From Acutalibacteraceae bacterium (GTDB lineage: Bacteria; Bacillota; Clostridia; Oscillospirales; Acutalibacteraceae), in contig JAZREF010000026.1 of the NCBI GenBank assembly GCA_045660625.1, positions 49,342-113,341 of the forward strand: 64,000 bases of DNA, given 5' to 3'. The number at the start of each line of letters is the position of its first letter. Position 1 is the stretch's first letter. Under the pieces are notes generated by a model. That model was given only the letters and a program-made list of their open reading frames with translations, was not told the origin of the DNA and made no database searches. Both the position numbers and the translations under genes were made by a program. Of the stretch, positions 61,589 to 64,000 are shown one piece after another.

Positions 61589-64000
61589 TTAGTCTAAAGT
61601 TTTGTAACCCTGGGCTTCCACGGCGGCCTTCAGCACGGCCACGTCCACGTCCTCAGATAGGGTGACGGTGGCGGTGCCGGCGGTGTGGCTGGCCACGGCG
61701 GCGATGACACCGGGAATCTCCTCAAGTGCCTTCTTCACGTGAGCCTCACAATGGGGGCACATCATACCCTCGACTTTGATGACTTTCTCCATAATGGTTT
61801 CCTCCTCTTTCTTTTCAGTATGTGTTGTGTGCAACTTAACCAAATTGAGCCGCAAGGCATTGGTGACCACGCAGAAACTGGACAGGCTCATAGCAGCGGC
61901 ACCAAACATCGGGTTCATCTCCCACCCCAACAGAGCGATAAACGCACCTGCCGCCAAGGGGATGCCGATGGTGTTGTAAATAAATGCCCAAAACAGATTT
62001 TGCCGAATATTACGCAGGGTGGCGCGTCCCAACCGCAGAGCGGCCGGCACGTCAGACAGTTGACTGCGGGTGAGCACTGCGTCCGCCGCATCCATAGCGA
62101 TGTCGGTGCCTGCGCCGATGGCGATACCCAGATGGGCGCGGGTCAGGGCGGGGGCGTCGTTGATGCCGTCGCCCACCATGGCGGTGGCTCCCTGATCCAT
62201 CAGGAGACGAATTTGTTCCTCTTTATCGGCAGGAAGCACGTCGGAAATAACCTTGTCCACCCCCACTTGCTTACCGATGGCGGCGGCAGTGCGGGCGTTG
62301 TCGCCGGTGAGCATCACCACGCGGATACCCATCCGCTGAAGCTCTGCCACCGCGGCAGGACTATTCTCTTTGATGCGATCCGCCACTGCGATGATACCCA
62401 GCAGGCGGTCGTCGGCGGCAAAGAACAGGGGCGTCTTCCCCTCCTCCGCCAAACGGTCTGCCAACCTCGCCGTTTCGATCGAAACAATGGTGTGTTCTTC
62501 AATAAACTGGCGGTTACCACCGCGGAGGGTGACCCCCTCCAACATAGCGGTCAAACCGTTACCGGGTAGGACGGCAAACTCCGTCACAGCAACGGAAGAA
62601 ACGCCTTTTTCTGCGCCGTATTCCCGCACAGCGGTACCCAGAGGATGCTCAGAGTGCTGCTCCAAGGCACAAGCTACATGCAACAGTTCCACCTCGTCGC
62701 CCAGAGGAAGCACATCCGTCACCTGGGGGTGTCCCTCGGTGATGGTGCCAGTCTTATCCAGCGCCACAATGCGAATGCGTCCCGCCTGCTCCAAGGCGGC
62801 GGCAGACTTAAACAAAATACCGTTCTTGGCGCCTACGCCGCTGCCCACCATAATGGCAACGGGGGTAGCCAAACCCAGCGCACAAGGGCAACTGATCACT
62901 AGCACAGAAATACCACGAGCAAAAGCGAAGCCCACATCCTGCCCCAGCAGCAGCCAAACGGCGGCGGTAATCACCGCAATCGCCATCACCACCGGCACAA
63001 AGATACCGGACACCTTATCCGCCAATTTGGCGATAGGTGCCTTAGTCGCGGCGGCGTCCTCCACCAACTGCACAATGCGAGAGAGGGTGGTGTTCTCCCC
63101 CACCTCGGTGGCACGACAGATGAGATAGCCGGAGCAATTGGTGGTGGCGGCAAAGACGCGGTCGTCTACCCGCTTGTCCACCGGCATACTCTCGCCGGTG
63201 AGAGCAGACTCAATGACCGCGCTCTCACCCTCGGTGACGATACCATCCACCGGGATGGTATCGCCGGGACGAACGATAAACACATCGCCCACCTGAAGAT
63301 CGTCCACAGGCACTACCTGCTCTTTGCCATCCCGCAGGACGGTGGCGGTGCGAGGGGCTAACTCCATCAGACCACGCAAGGCATCGGTGGTGCGTCCCTT
63401 AGAGCGCGCCTCCAGCATCTTACCCACCGTGATGAGGGTGAGGATCATCGCCGCCGACTCAAAATAGAGGTCGTGGAGAGCGTGATGACTCATAGTGAAG
63501 AGCACATAGGTGCTATACCCAAAGGCGGCGGCAGAGCCAAGTGCCACCAGCGTATCCATATTGGGAGAGCGTCTCCATAGGGCGGCAAAACCGCTGATGA
63601 AAAAACGACAGTTGATCACCATCACGATGGCGGCCAGCACCATCTGGGCAATGCCAATCCACAGAGGATGATCGGTTAAGAAAGTCGGCAACGGAAAGTG
63701 CCACATGGTGTATCCCATCGAGAGATACATCAGCACCAGCAAAAAGCCTATCGAGGCAAACAAACGCCGCAAAATGGCGGGAGTTTCGGTGTCGGCTAGA
63801 GCGGCTTTCTCGCCCTTGAGCGATGCGCCGTAGCCGGCGTACTCTACCGCGGCGATAATCTGCGCCGTGGTGGCAGAGCCACTCACCACCATAGAGTTTG
63901 TTAATAGGTTGACTGCGCAGCTGTCCACGCCCTCCACGGCGTTGACCGCCCGCTCCACCCGCGCGCTGCAGGCGGCGCAGGTCATACCTGTTACACGATA
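61589..64000 (-). CDS. copA: Copper-translocating P1B-type ATPase with N-terminal and C-terminal HMA domains; 5' end outside the window
   Basis: GMTCAACS (HMA; the reading frame stays open to 64000), TGES, CPC, DKTGT and GDGINDAP motifs. The C-terminus carries a second HMA domain (GMMCPHCE). Confidence 0.9.
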   Translation of the reverse strand, partial: YRVTGMTCAACSARVERAVNAVEGVDSCAVNLLTNSMVVSGSATTAQIIAAVEYAGYGASLKGEKAALADTETPAILRRLFASIGFLLVLMYLSMGYTMWHFPLPTFLTDHPLWIGIAQMVLAAIVMVINCRFFISGFAALWRRSPNMDTLVALGSAAAFGYSTYVLFTMSHHALHDLYFESAAMILTLITVGKMLEARSKGRTTDALRGLMELAPRTATVLRDGKEQVVPVDDLQVGDVFIVRPGDTIPVDGIVTEGESAVIESALTGESMPVDKRVDDRVFAATTNCSGYLICRATEVGENTTLSRIVQLVEDAAATKAPIAKLADKVSGIFVPVVMAIAVITAAVWLLLGQDVGFAFARGISVLVISCPCALGLATPVAIMVGSGVGAKNGILFKSAAALEQAGRIRIVALDKTGTITEGHPQVTDVLPLGDEVELLHVACALEQHSEHPLGTAVREYGAEKGVSSVAVTEFAVLPGNGLTAMLEGVTLRGGNRQFIEEHTIVSIETARLADRLAEEGKTPLFFAADDRLLGIIAVADRIKENSPAAVAELQRMGIRVVMLTGDNARTAAAIGKQVGVDKVISDVLPADKEEQIRLLMDQGATAMVGDGINDAPALTRAHLGIAIGAGTDIAMDAADAVLTRSQLSDVPAALRLGRATLRNIRQNLFWAFIYNTIGIPLAAGAFIALLGWEMNPMFGAAAMSLSSFCVVTNALRLNLVKLHTTHTEKKEEETIMEKVIKVEGMMCPHCEAHVKKALEEIPGVIAAVASHTAGTATVTLSEDVDVAVLKAAVEAQGYKTLD

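Noticed and set aside
61589-61792. Calling the C-terminal HMA unit a separate copZ gene
   Set aside because: No stop codon separates it from copA in this sequence, so it is annotated as part of copA. The internal SD and ATG are reported as a finding instead.
1-64000. A search for mobile elements, prophage genes, restriction-modification or toxin-antitoxin genes, known defence systems, CRISPR arrays, tRNA and rRNA
   Set aside because: By eye I saw no integrase, transposase or recombinase motifs, no terminal inverted repeats, no repeat-spacer arrays and no tRNA-like cloverleaf candidates in the intergenic gaps. All gaps over 100 nt are accounted for by promoters, terminators, small ORFs or the candidate RNA.

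Overview
Chromosomal segment of a fairly GC-rich Gram-positive Firmicute. A Clostridia-type organism is inferred from a spoVM homolog, a PASTA kinase, lipobox and sortase signals, SD-type RBSs and a B. subtilis-like 'ylo' gene order. I call about 59 protein genes. I found no rRNA, tRNA, CRISPR, transposase, integrase, phage genes or recognisable defence genes.

The left third (1-20.4 kb) looks accessory:
- a secreted SNase-like nuclease lipoprotein
- a sugar-type ABC importer
- an RDD protein
- two head-to-head paralogous fusions of an NT5C-type deoxyribonucleotidase with a degenerate guanylate-kinase-like domain
- a 5'-nucleotidase lipoprotein
- a six-gene island of surface proteins (10.9-20.4 kb)

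In that island, three ResA/TlpA-like thioredoxin modules (CSWC, CAPC, CEPC) sit behind lipoprotein signals and Ig-like domains. They are accompanied by four copies of an uncharacterised 'DGYYH ... W-L-x-x-C-Y-Y' module. This island is my best candidate for an undescribed system.

The middle (20.4-34.5 kb, minus strand) is the conserved yicC-remA-gmk-rpoZ-priA-def-fmt-rsmB-rlmN-stp-prkC-rsgA-thiN-spoVM cluster. It includes a 29-aa spoVM homolog that falls below the ORF-track cutoff.

The right part is housekeeping: ftsK, tepA-like, nfnAB, MFS, mtaB, cdaAR, a class-V aminotransferase, rlmH, murA, an orphan HlyD/FtsX pair, LOG, GH2, ppa, cdd-deoB-deoD and copA. It also holds a 244-nt structured non-coding gap (about 50310-50495) that folds like a 6S-type rod RNA.

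Many long ORFs in the supplied track are antisense shadows of real genes, and several track ORFs have over-extended N-termini. Coordinates below use the start I consider best.
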